Assembly: GCF_041146345.1 (NCBI RefSeq)
Contig: NW_027191413.1
Span: 248,001-312,000, forward strand
DNA from: Neodothiora populina
Taxonomy: Eukaryota
Reading direction: 5' to 3'
Length of the DNA stretch: 64,000 nucleotides
Of the stretch, positions 12,823-24,072 are shown in pieces. The notes under the pieces are model-generated. The model was not told the origin of the DNA. It was given only the letters and a program-made list of their open reading frames with translations, and made no database searches. Within the stretch, counting starts at the first letter, position 1, and every line of letters starts with the position of its first letter. A program made the position numbers and the translations under genes.

Positions 12823-14110
12823 TCAGACATACCTCCCGCCGCTCACAATGCCGCCTTTAGCCTCATACCCCGCAGCGCCCCTGTAGCTATAATCGTCATC
12901 ATCATAATCGTCACCATCTCTCATGCGCTGATGCTGCTGCTTCAACATGGACATTTCCATCTGATGCTTCTCCCACTCGGCCTCGTTGATGGCGTGTTCG
13001 GCGCGGCCGGCCTTTCGCGACCGCACGCAGCACACGATGAAGGCGGCGAGGCCGATGGCGCAGATGCTTATTACTACTGCTACGATTGCGATTTGGGCGC
13101 CCTTGGGCAGGTTGGAGAAGCGTGCTTTTACGCCGTGGACTGTGTTCAGTTCTTGCGCAATGGTCGAGTTGCCGCTGTCTTTTGTTAGTCTTGCTTTTCT
13201 TTTTGTACCACCCCCTAGGGGAAAGAAAACATACCTCTCGATCTTGATACTCTCGTAGCTTCCGCTCGTGTCACCGTATGAGTACTTGCTGCCCGAGCTG
13301 TAGTCCTCGATGTCAAGCCTCTCGATGAGCATGCTGTACGGCCCGTCCTTGTAGTTCGTCTCGCCTCCAGCCCACTCGACTGTCCAATTGGAGTTCGCGG
13401 ACGGATCACCACCGGCCCAGATACCGAGACGCACATTCATGGGTGTCTGCGGGAAGTTCTTGCCGTCGAGCGCGTCCTCATACTTGAGTGTTCTGACAAT
13501 GTCGCCGTCGATGATCCACTCGATTTTCTCTTTCGTCCATGTCGTCGTGTAGTTGTGGAAGTTCTCCTGCGGGTTGTCGACGGCGTAATAGATGGCGCGG
13601 TCATAGGAAGTCGTGTTGCCCTTTCCGAAATAGTTGGTTTCCACCGTGGTTGTGTTGCCGCCGATGAACTCCCAGTCGACTTCGTCGAGATCGTCAGACT
13701 CCAGGACGATGGACGAGATGATTCCGGTTCCGGGCGCGCAGCGCATCACTACTGAGATTTGACCGAAGAAGATGTAGAAGTTGGATTGCAGGGTTGGAGA
13801 GTCGCCTTTGCCTTTGATCTTTATTGGTTCGATTGTTAGAATCATGAATATCTCCTTTCGTTTTTTTGATTGATTCAAAACTCACAGTGAACGCGGCACC
13901 TTGCTCTGTCCAATCGATCGCTCCTGCCGTCGTGTTCCATACTTTGCTGTTCGCAGCGTCGCCAGAAGTCCAGTTCCATGTATGGGACGTTCCCAAAGCT
14001 ACATCACTGGGGCAGTCTGTGGAATTCAGTGGATTGCAACTGGTGAATGTTTGCGCTGCGACCTTTGTAGCAGCGAGACAAAGGGTTGCCCAAGAAATGA
14101 GACGAGACAT
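12823..14110 (-). CDS. GH16 Crh-family chitin-glucan transglycosylase with signal peptide and C-terminal transmembrane helix; 3 exons
   Basis: Signal peptide MSRLISWATLCLAATKVAAQ, then TSCNPLN; catalytic SDDLDEVDWE; FPQTPMNVRLGIWAGGD; hydrophobic IAIVAVVISICAIGLAAFIVCC. Introns ~13886-13820 and ~13234-13176. Confidence 0.88.
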
Positions 14111-15600
14111 GCTGATTATATCTAGATCCGAGCGAGTTCTTTTACTATTTCTTAGATAAAAGCACAGATGTATGAAAACGAGAGTAATGGTTTCAAAGAA
14201 GCGATTCTCTTCCTCACAAATGAACGACTGAGGATAGAGAAAATCAAAGAACGAATGATGAACACCAGAGACTCTTTCGGGATGCAAAAGACAAGAAAAA
14301 AAGGAAAATGCAAGTGAGCCTACCTGTATATAAGATAGGACGGAGGAGGATCTAGGCGCGTTTCATCTCGCGAACTCCACTAATACCCCTGGAACGTGCC
14401 TGTCTGGCGTGCCTGGCTCTGATCCATCTGTACATCCTTCCTCAAATGGATTAGTCGCGGCATAGAGTCAGGGTCACTATCGACGGCCCGAGTCAGGCCG
14501 CCCATTTAGCTACAAGCTCACGCGTTAAAGCCCAGAGATCCTCCACGTTAGCGAGACGTCTGTGCCTGGTCCGCTATACTGTGAGGTTACATGCTGGTTG
14601 ATGCTTCAGTGTCTGAGTTGTTACAACCTGAGCAATAATGAGTTGGGCTTTTCAGAGATCATCATGAATCAAAGTATTTATGTCATAAATACGAGAAGTT
14701 CAGCAATCCCACTTCGTCAGGACGGACTCTTGGCCCTACTCTTGCAGGTACTGTAATCAACGCACTTTCCGCGACGCAACAGGGATTTGCGCACTTCTCG
14801 AATCCTTCCGAAGAAAGAAACAGTATTGTTTTGACGACGATTGCATGTAGCTCTCGGTCTGCTTCTTGACAAACAACATGTGAAGCTGGTTGCTTTCATT
14901 CCCTTTGCCTATACGATGAAACCTGGACATTTCTAGTCATGGACAGCACACTCCACTACAAGCGAGTGTTTGCTCGAAAGATAGGCTCAATACAGACTTC
15001 TTTATAAGAGACGCAGCAACGCACATGTCAGGCCGACTGTCACACTCTACTTGTGATAGGGTGTATCGTCAGCAGATATACCATGAAAATGTCGATTTGT
15101 GAAATGCTGGCGCAAGCTATCTGGTGCCAGCATGTATGGACAACGATATGAAATCACTACAAGCTCAGTTGCAGCAGACAGCATCTCTGACGCTTCATAC
15201 GATTCAACCTGAGATATGACGTTTGATGGACACATCATGGGGATCTCTTCGAGATTCCGCCTATGATTGTTCAGAGTGGAGTGCTGAAGGCCAAGTTCTT
15301 CACTCATCGCTCAGATCAGCGGCATTATGCTCTTCCGCGCCTGATATGTCACATGAAAGGTCATTCCAACTTCACGATATGATCGGCTGCCACCTTTCTC
15401 TCATGTGCTACAGTAGCACGACTCTTCTCATTGGAATTATGTGTAGTAAAGGAATTCAAGGATTCTAGTACCGCTTTCGACCATTACTTCACGGTCGACA
15501 ACCATTACTTGACCAACGACTGCAGTAACCTTCGCACCAGTACATGAATTTCTGCAGTCGTTGGAAAACCTTCAGCCACACCACAAGTTCGCTTGCCGAG

Positions 15601-17102
15601 ATGTCTTACCAGAATCTCCCGGAGGAACTACTGCACGAAATCTTCGATAACCTAGCCATGTCGAGCATCGAAGACATTGATGTTGAGCTGATTTGACACC
15701 AAGAGGGCTTGACCTAGGTGATTTGACGCCATCTTTTGTGCAGCGTGAAAGCCAATATCAGAGAGGTATTCAAACGCTCGCAATTATCTGCCGACAATCC
15801 AAGCAGCTCAATCGTATAGCGATGCCTCTGCTGTACAAGACTTTCGTCAAACCTCCTCGCACTCTGGAGGCATTATATAGTGATCCCGAAGATGTCACTG
15901 TCCTGCGCAGCTTCGTGAATACTTTGCTGAATCGTCCAGATCTAGCCAAGTATGTCAGAAACCTTGTTCTCTCACCGTGGGTTGAAACTTGCCGCTGCAC
16001 AAGAGATATCGAGAACGATGAAACTGCAAGAACAGATCCATTTTTAGAGCTGAAAGAGTCTATTTGTCGGCGCTATCCTCAATAACTTCCATATTGGCCC
16101 GGCTGTGGCTGTCACTACGAGGATACTATACTTACTCTACTGCTCACTTTGCTTCCCAATGTCGAGGCTATAGATATAAGTTTGTTATCGAGGACTGGAC
16201 CCCTCGACACTTTATCGAGACATGTCTGCGGGTACCGTAAGCTTCTGCGGGGGATGTTGAGCAAGCCACTCTGTGAAGGAGATTCTCTATATAAGGTACG
16301 CTCGGTCACTGGCCGCGTTTGTATCACAGGTGATCCAGATGCTAAGTTTGGGATCTCCGACATTTTGGAATTTATATTCTTCCCAAATCTGGAGACATTG
16401 AAGTTATACTCTGTGAGAGACGACACGACTTTCTTGGAAGACTCCTTTGAAGAGGATCTACCGGTGTGGGGCAGCGGCGTGGAAAACATCACCATTGATC
16501 ATGCTGGCCTTTCCGTGCCTTCACTCGAAGCTCTTCTCTCAATGTGCCCAGAGTCAAGACAGATGAACATCATGTACGCCAGGGAGAACGAATGGCCTGA
16601 GCCTGTGGAGAGAGGTACCTGGTACGACATAGCCGGAGCGCTCCTCATATGCCAGGAGACTCTTGAATACATACATCTGGACGGTATGAGGAATTGCGGT
16701 CTCAAGCTTGAAGGGAAAAGGAACTTCCATCATTTGATGCCGTGGGCCCATGTCGATACTCTGATCGACTTTGGCCACCTTACTCACCTTTGCATTGACG
16801 AGAATGCCCTTCTAGGCTGCAAGTGTTGCTCCATGCCCAGTCGTGCTATACCCGAATTCGTCCTGCCATGGTCTTTGCAGAGCCTTACTATTGTCGATTG
16901 TACCTGTACCTCAATTTCCTTCCTGGCGCAGCTGAGTGAATCTGGGTTCTTCCCTTCACTACGACAGGTCCAGGGCAGGATGATTGAACTGCCGAGACCC
17001 TATTTCTGGGAAGGTGACCAGCTAGAATTGTGGGCATCTCTCATTATGCTGAAGAGGACATTTGAAGCAAATGGGATATCATATATTGAGCTTGAGGAGT
17101 GA
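15601..17102 (+). pseudogene. F-box-like / LRR-like protein interrupted by an in-frame TAA and an early frame break
   Basis: MSYQNLPEELLHEIFDNL is an F-box-like start; TLAIICRQSKQLNRIAMPLLYKTF and LLNRPDLAKYVRNL are typical continuations. TAA at 16083-16085 is in frame with the 16149-17102 ORF, which has LRR-like LETLKL, LTHLCI and LPWSLQSLTI. Confidence 0.62.
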
Positions 17103-17814
17103 AGTCTCTTCTGATCTGCAATGGGCGGAACGTGGTCAGGGTAGCCAGATGGAAATGCATGATCGGCATTGGAGTTGAACTATACCCACCTGCTAGTATG
17201 ATACATACATTACTTCTGTACACAAAAACACAAATCAACGAGAACAATAATCTCCCGCATCATGCTCCCGAATCGTGATCACTCCATAGACAATCTCCAA
17301 TTGGTGGGATATCAATTTCAGAGAACAAGGACACAGTAGCGCGCGGCAAACTATGTGAATTGCGCCGACCTTCCTGCATATCGGCTTTGATCGCTGCGTT
17401 TCGGAAGCCTAGTAACCCTGGCCATTGCAGCCACGGCGCGTATATGATATGCAGGGTAGGTCGACTGTTGCGTTGGCGGTTCGATTATATTGCTTGTGGA
17501 GATTTCGGCTTGTATTGGACTCGATGAAAGCGGCTGTTGAGGACTGTGACTGATGTTCATGGGCGCTGTGGCGTGCGTTCGGTGGTTTTGGTCTTCGGCA
17601 TGGCTATCAGGAGAGAGGTCTGGTCTGGTCTAGGAGATCAATGTCACTTTGGACTTGCTATGGTCTATTCCCGAGTACATGCAGCCAAATGTGAATATCG
17701 AATGGGTACAAAAGTGTATATTGTCCAAGTATAAGAACTATATTGCCCTTCGGCGTCTTGACAAGCTAATCTAGCCAGCGATCGGATACAACATCGCATC
17801 GAGCAGCCAACGAT

Positions 17815-20097
17815 ATGCCACGCGAGAGGGATATCCCAAGGCCCACGTCTCGAGAGGGGTTTGGCGTAGCGATCCTATGTGCTCTTCCTAGAGAGGCATC
17901 TGCCGTGCATGCCATTTTCGATGAAATCTACGACAATCGGTTCGACTCCTATGGCAAGCAAGCTGGGGACACAAATACTTACACCACTGGGCGAATTGGT
18001 CAACACCATGTAGCCCTGGCGCATATGCCAGGCATGGGCGTGGTGAGTGCTGCAATCGTGGCTACAGGTATGGCCATCAGTTTTCCGAAAATCAATCTCT
18101 GCCTGATTGTGGGCATCTGTGGCGGAGTACCATATACCCCAGATGGGAAAGAGGTCGTTCTCGGCGATGTTGTTATCAGCAGCTCTGTGATTCATTATGA
18201 CTTTGGCAGACAGTATCCAGACGTATTCGTCCGAAAGACGGACGTCAAAGACGTCCTCCGGCCGCCGAACCCTGCTATACGTGGATTTATCAAGACGATT
18301 CAAGGCCGCAGAGGACGACTGCAATTGCAGAAGAAGCTCTTCAGATATCTCAGAGAGATACAATCGCATCCAGGGACCGATGCACGATACCCTGGCGTGA
18401 GGCATGACAGGCTTCACAAGGCCTCCTATCGACACAAACACCGTGGAGTCGCATCAGCAACCAGCTGTGTATGTGCGAGATGTAAGTCCAGCAAAGACCC
18501 CGTCTGCGAAGATGCCTTGAGCAGTGATTGCACCACCATTGGGTGCAGAAGACATTTGCTTTTGCGTGAGAGACTCAAGTCAAGGTCTCCTAGGCCGTCT
18601 GTACACGTCGGAATCATTGCATCAGCGAATGCCGTTGTGAAGTGTGGTGAGCGCCGTGATGAGGTAGCCAAGGAACTCAATGTCATAGCATTCGAGATGG
18701 AGGGCGCAGGGGCGTGGGATAGCTTGCCCTGTGTGGTCATCAAGGGTGTATGTGACTATGCGGACAGTCACAAGAGTAAGGTCTGGCAAGGGTATGCAGC
18801 AGCAACTTCGGCGTCTTGTGCTAGAGCTTGGCTCGATCAGTGGTTTCCGTCCCATCAACAACGTGAGTGGCGTTATCTCCATCGCATCAGGATAATATCA
18901 ATCGTAGTTGGAGCTGAGCTGTTGACTGATTTTGTATCAGCCGACCGACAAGACACGGCACATTTTGTGGTCCCATTTGCACGGGATATCGGCTTTGTAG
19001 AGCGTCTTTATCATTCCAGTAGATTTCAACAGATTAATCTCGAAAATGGCACTTTGTCAGCGCATACCCCAAATATGGCGCTTTTTGGACTTGGAGGCAG
19101 CGGCAAGACGTCTTTGGCTCTTGAGTTATCGTACCGTTCCAGGATCGACTGTCCATTACGCTCTGTCTTCTGGATGAATGCATCAAGTGCGGCGACGTTT
19201 GAAGACTCGTGTCGAGTCATAGGACGCCATTTACATCTACTTGGGAGCTCTGAAGAAGGTCAGGACTCGAAAAGACTTATAAAGCAACATCTGAGCAAGA
19301 ATTGGGAGAATGGCTGGCTAATGATCTTGGACGGCGTGGACGACACTGAAGATTGGATGATGAACCCTGATGGTAGCAAACACTACCTTTGGGAGTATCT
19401 TCCTAATAACAAACACGGTCGTATGATCGTGACTACTCGCGATAGACAGATTGCCGTTAAGTTCGCATCTAAAGATGTGGTGGAAGTTGAGCCACTGGAT
19501 TATGATACGTCCAGCCATCTACTGCAAGAACGACTTATACAGAAAGATGCGTTGGGTGACCAGGAGTGCACCGTCGCCCTTCTAGGGAGATTGGGTTCTC
19601 TGCCTCTGGCAATCGTCCAGGCAGCTACTTACATGAACATCAACGACATTAGTCTGTCTCAATACCTGTCGCTTCTGGAGGAATCGGACGAAAGCTTGGT
19701 AGAGATGCTTGCAGAAGACTTTGATGATGAACGGAGATATCAACATCAACGCAACCCCGTCATGGAGACGTGGGAAGAAACCTTCGAATACATTCGGAGG
19801 CGCAACATTTTAGCATCCGACTATCTCTGCATGCTGTCCTGTGTAGAGCCCAAACTGGTCTCTCCGGACCTTCTCCCGCTCGCCCAGTCGAGAAAGAAGC
19901 ATCTTGAAGCTCTCGCATGCCTTCGAGCTTTGTCAATGATTCACAAGCAAGAAGATGGTATATTTCAGATCCATCCATTAGTCCGCCTCGCGGTCCGGCG
20001 CTGGTTGAGCAAGAAAAATGCTCTTGGAGATGTCTTGAAGAGCGTTTCAGCTCGATTCGGTCAAGGTGTGTCAAATACTGAACTTCAGGTCGAGTAA
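17815..20097 (+). CDS. NLR-like protein: PNP_UDP (purine/uridine phosphorylase) effector domain + NB-ARC + winged helix; no repeat domain visible
   Basis: PNP motifs VAILCALPRE, LIVGICGG, LGDVVIS, FEMEGAG, IKGVCDYADSHK; Walker A GLGGSGKT; Walker B WLMILDGVDD; VTTRD; LPLAIVQAA; HPLVRL. Probable 78-nt intron at 18863-18940. Confidence 0.85.
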   Translation: MPRERDIPRPTSREGFGVAILCALPREASAVHAIFDEIYDNRFDSYGKQAGDTNTYTTGRIGQHHVALAHMPGMGVVSAAIVATGMAISFPKINLCLIVGICGGVPYTPDGKEVVLGDVVISSSVIHYDFGRQYPDVFVRKTDVKDVLRPPNPAIRGFIKTIQGRRGRLQLQKKLFRYLREIQSHPGTDARYPGVRHDRLHKASYRHKHRGVASATSCVCARCKSSKDPVCEDALSSDCTTIGCRRHLLLRERLKSRSPRPSVHVGIIASANAVVKCGERRDEVAKELNVIAFEMEGAGAWDSLPCVVIKGVCDYADSHKSKVWQGYAAATSASCARAWLDQWFPSHQQREWRYLHRIRIISIVVGAELLTDFVSADRQDTAHFVVPFARDIGFVERLYHSSRFQQINLENGTLSAHTPNMALFGLGGSGKTSLALELSYRSRIDCPLRSVFWMNASSAATFEDSCRVIGRHLHLLGSSEEGQDSKRLIKQHLSKNWENGWLMILDGVDDTEDWMMNPDGSKHYLWEYLPNNKHGRMIVTTRDRQIAVKFASKDVVEVEPLDYDTSSHLLQERLIQKDALGDQECTVALLGRLGSLPLAIVQAATYMNINDISLSQYLSLLEESDESLVEMLAEDFDDERRYQHQRNPVMETWEETFEYIRRRNILASDYLCMLSCVEPKLVSPDLLPLAQSRKKHLEALACLRALSMIHKQEDGIFQIHPLVRLAVRRWLSKKNALGDVLKSVSARFGQGVSNTELQVE

Positions 20098-21021
20098 ATG
20101 TTGACTGTAGCCTCTTCTTACATTCGCATGGAACGTCGTATTGCGTCAAATCTCAAAACACGAGATTCTGCTTGACAAATACAGCAAAATTTCTGAGGTC
20201 AATCACACCATGTCATGACCTGAAGCAAAAGCTTGATCAGGATAATCACGAGCAACGGTTTGGAGAAACACTGATTGTAAGGTTAATCCTGGCATCAAGT
20301 GAGTAAGTTGGTCAAATTAAACTTTAACTTCCAACGCCAGTATTTATGTCCAAGCTTGTTCCTTGATGTGGCTAAAAATCCAGATCTGGCTTTTGTGACG
20401 GAAGCTTTGTGAGACTCAACACAAGCATCCATGTCCTTGATATGAGGAGGGCGCAACCATTATTGCAACATCATGATGCAGCACGTTACTTTGTTATCAA
20501 GCTTATGATATCTCTTAGACTATCCTGCGTTCACGAGACGAAGAATAATGAATCTCAGCAAGTCTAAACTCGTGTTGTATTTGAACCATACAAATAGCTA
20601 TATCGAGTGCATCTGAACGGGTAGACAAGAAATGACGATCCTCCACGATACAGAGTACTGTCCCGCATTGGATCTGCATAGGTTGTGACGGCATGAGCTT
20701 GGGCCTTGTCACAAAACAACCTTGCATGTGCACCTTCCCAGTCGCAATGTTTTGAGCCTTCTTGAAAAGAGAAAACGCTGATTTTCACCATAAGGCGATA
20801 CTGTATCTCAGTATCTGCACAACTTGTATCAACTTTGCAGCATAATTGAGTAGCTATTGAGGTCATCACCTTGTTCAGCAGAACTCCTAGCAGGCTCCAT
20901 TATCCTCACTGTCGCATACTACCTTATCTCACTATACAGTGCTTTTGCGAATTGACGTTGATACGTCCGATCTTCGCTCAATTCCTCTATTCTGTATAAG
21001 GTATCCTTCTGAACCTCAAAT

Positions 21022-22940
21022 ATGTCGGGAGAAGCAGCTGGTTATTACCAGATGGGCGACAAGAACTATGCGCCCCCGCCAGGCGGTCCCCCCCAACAAG
21101 CCTACCAGCAACCGCAGTCATACCAACAACAGCAGCAATACCAGCAGTATCAACAAAACCAACAGTACCAACAAAACAGTCAGCAAGAGCAGCAATATGC
21201 GCAAGCTCCACCAAACTATGGCAAGCAAAATTATGGACCCGCACCTGAAGCCTTCAGTGGAGGAGACAAGCCCACATTCGATCAGGCATTCAAGGTTGAC
21301 AAGCCCAAGTTCAACGACTGGTGGGCTGGCGTGCTGCTTCTAGCTGTGTTTGCTGGATATGTTGCAGTTTCTGGCATATCCATACAAGGTTACGGTATAT
21401 ATGATGTGTCGAGTAACAAGTTAGAGTACTTGCTGATGTGCTTGTATAGCTGCGACCAAAGGTTTCAACGGCGGTGGAATCTACGACAGCAACAACGACT
21501 TCGGCCTTGACACCAACACGCTGGTGTTGTTTGTCTTCTGTCTCTGCGTAGCATTGCTCTTCAGTTATGCATACGTTTGGGGTGCGAGGGTATTCACCAA
21601 GGTGAGACTTCCATGTTAGTAGAACAAAGTCCAAGCAGTATACTGACATTATCAAGCAATTCATTTGGATTACTGGTATCCTGCATATTGTCTTCGGCTT
21701 CGTCACCGCAATCTACATGTTGTCCAGGAAATATTGGTCCGGAGGCATCGTGTTCCTCATATTCTCGATCTTCACTGTCATCTGCTTCATCAGTTGGATC
21801 CCAAGGATTCCTTTCAGTGTGGTCATGCTGCAGACTAGCATTGATGTCTCGAAGCGCTTCGGTCATGTCTACCTTGTCTCTCTTATCGGAGGAATCATCG
21901 CCACCGCCTTTGGTGCATGGTTTTCTGTGACCATGGTCGCAGTCTACGTCAAATATGAACCAGGGCAGAATCCGGCATGCTCAACTGGGGTTGGCGGCTG
22001 TAGCTCCGCCAAAGTCATCGGCTTGCTTGTTTTTATCACCTTCGCCATGTATTGGATCACCGAGTGGTTGAAGAACACAATCCACGTCACCATTTCCGGT
22101 GTCTATGGTTCTTGGTACTTTTGCAGCAACAACATGCCCAAGGGGGTGACTCGCGGAGCAGCCCGTCGTGCTCTGACCTACAGTTTCGGTAGTATTAGTT
22201 TTGGAAGCCTTATCGTGGCAATCATCAATATGCTCAGACAGGCATGCAGCATCGCTCGTCAGCAAGAAGCGAACAACGGCAACATTGCAGCCGACATTGC
22301 GCTCTGCTTGTTGCAGTGTCTCATAGGCATTCTGGACTGGGCGGTGCAATTCATCAACCGCTATGCCTTCAGCTACATCGCCTTGTACGGCAAAGGCTAC
22401 ATCCCTGCCGCCAAGTCAACCTGGACGTGAGTCATTTCCTGTCACGTGTTGTGATGTAAGCTGACATGTCAACAGGCTCATAAAGGACCGAGGAATCGAC
22501 GCACTCGTCAACGAATGTCTGATCGGCCCGGTACTGACGATGGGTGCATCCTTCGTGGGATACGCCTGTGCTTTGCTCGCCTACCTTTATCTCATCTTCA
22601 CCTCACCAGCATATGTGAGTCTTGCCATGCCTTTCGAGAGCTTGTGATGGTCTCCAGCTGACAGTCCACAGAACCAAAATGGCGACTATACACCGGTCGT
22701 GGTGGCCTTTGCTTTCCTGATTGGCTTGCAGATATGTCAGATCTTCACCACTCCTATCTCAAGTGGCATTGACACCATTTTTGTCGCGGCCGCCTTTGAC
22801 CCAGAAGTTATGGTAAGTAGCCGATGACAGCATTGACAATCGAACGGAAGGCCTAATGTTTACAGATCCGAGAGCACCCTGAACTGTACGCGCGAATGGT
22901 GCAGACATACCCGCACGTACAGCAAGCCATTCATGCTTGA
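21022..22940 (+). CDS. PNS1: PNS1 / choline transporter-like (CTL) membrane protein; multi-exon
   Basis: KPTFDQAFKVDKPKFNDWWAG, TYSFGSISFGSLIVA, NRYAFSYIALYGKGYIPAAK, KDRGIDALVNECLIG, SSGIDTIFVA; ends YPHVQQAIHA*. Confidence 0.9.
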
Positions 22941-23976
22941 GTAAGGTGAGAAAGAGAGTCGATAGATCCAACACTCTTGACACAGCACGATCCAGGGAGA
23001 TAGTGCGTAAGGAATTCAATGGGACTTCGGACTCTCGGAAATGGCCCGGTCAGCCCCCCGGTCGAGGGTTGTCTAATATGAGGAAAAATTTGAGTCAGTG
23101 CACTTGTTGGGCACAAGTCAGGCGTCTGGGCGCACACGATTGAGATGGTGGAACGCCGGAACGCCGGTATAGAGAGTGTGAGAAAGATAAGGAATGTCGT
23201 GGAACGACACGCAACGGTGCCTGTAGTGGGTTCAAAGTTTATAGCAGCGCCCGGACGACTCTTTGCATCGGGTCGCTGGCAGTATATCGATATCATAATG
23301 TCTATTCGGTGAGTGGTAATAATGACGCTGTTGCAGCAACATTGATCTGCTAGTTGTGTATAGCAATCACGAGTCCCGCGCTAGCCGTCCTGTAGGACAC
23401 AACTTGGATAAGGATAGTGAGCTGTGAAGTCTTCAATTGGACAATGACTGGGCTGGTTCATCGCTTAGTCGGGTGGAGGCGGAGCGTGATATGCCCTGGC
23501 CTGAGCACAGATACCTCAGGTAATTGTCGCACCTCATGTGAGAAGCGACGTCACTTGGCCGGGGCTCACCCAGATGTCTGGTGGCCCCAGGAATCGTCAC
23601 TGACTGTCACCGTCACCCAAAGCAAAGCGGGGCAACCTTGCTTGGTATAGCTTGCATCGGGACCGATCGAGCGCTGAAGGAATGACAGAGGGCTGCACAA
23701 TAAATACCGCCTGGTGCTCTTTTTCTCACTCTTCTATCATCTCGCATTCCACACAAAAGCATTTGCAGGTGAATCTATTCATCGTTTCAGCATTATTATC
23801 TTTCAAAAAGGTACGCGATTCCATCACTCCCCAGTACTCCAGAAAATCACAAGCGGCGGGAAAGCGGGGCAGGTGGTAACTCGGCGGCCACCACAGACTG
23901 CGGTGCATGGCAGCCACCACCACCTACCCCTCACGTCGTACCTGCCCGATTTCTGTTGCACAATATCAATCCACAA

Positions 23977-23986
23977 TATATATAAA
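23977..23986 (+). promoter_or_regulatory. TATA box of the mannitol-1-phosphate dehydrogenase gene
   Basis: TATATATAAA about 90 nt upstream of the ATG at 24073. Confidence 0.55.
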
Positions 23987-24072
23987 GGGGATATTAACCA
24001 CCTGAGGTTTTAGTCCATTCTTCGCCACCACTAAACATATAATTGACACTAAATCAAAACACGCTTCACATC

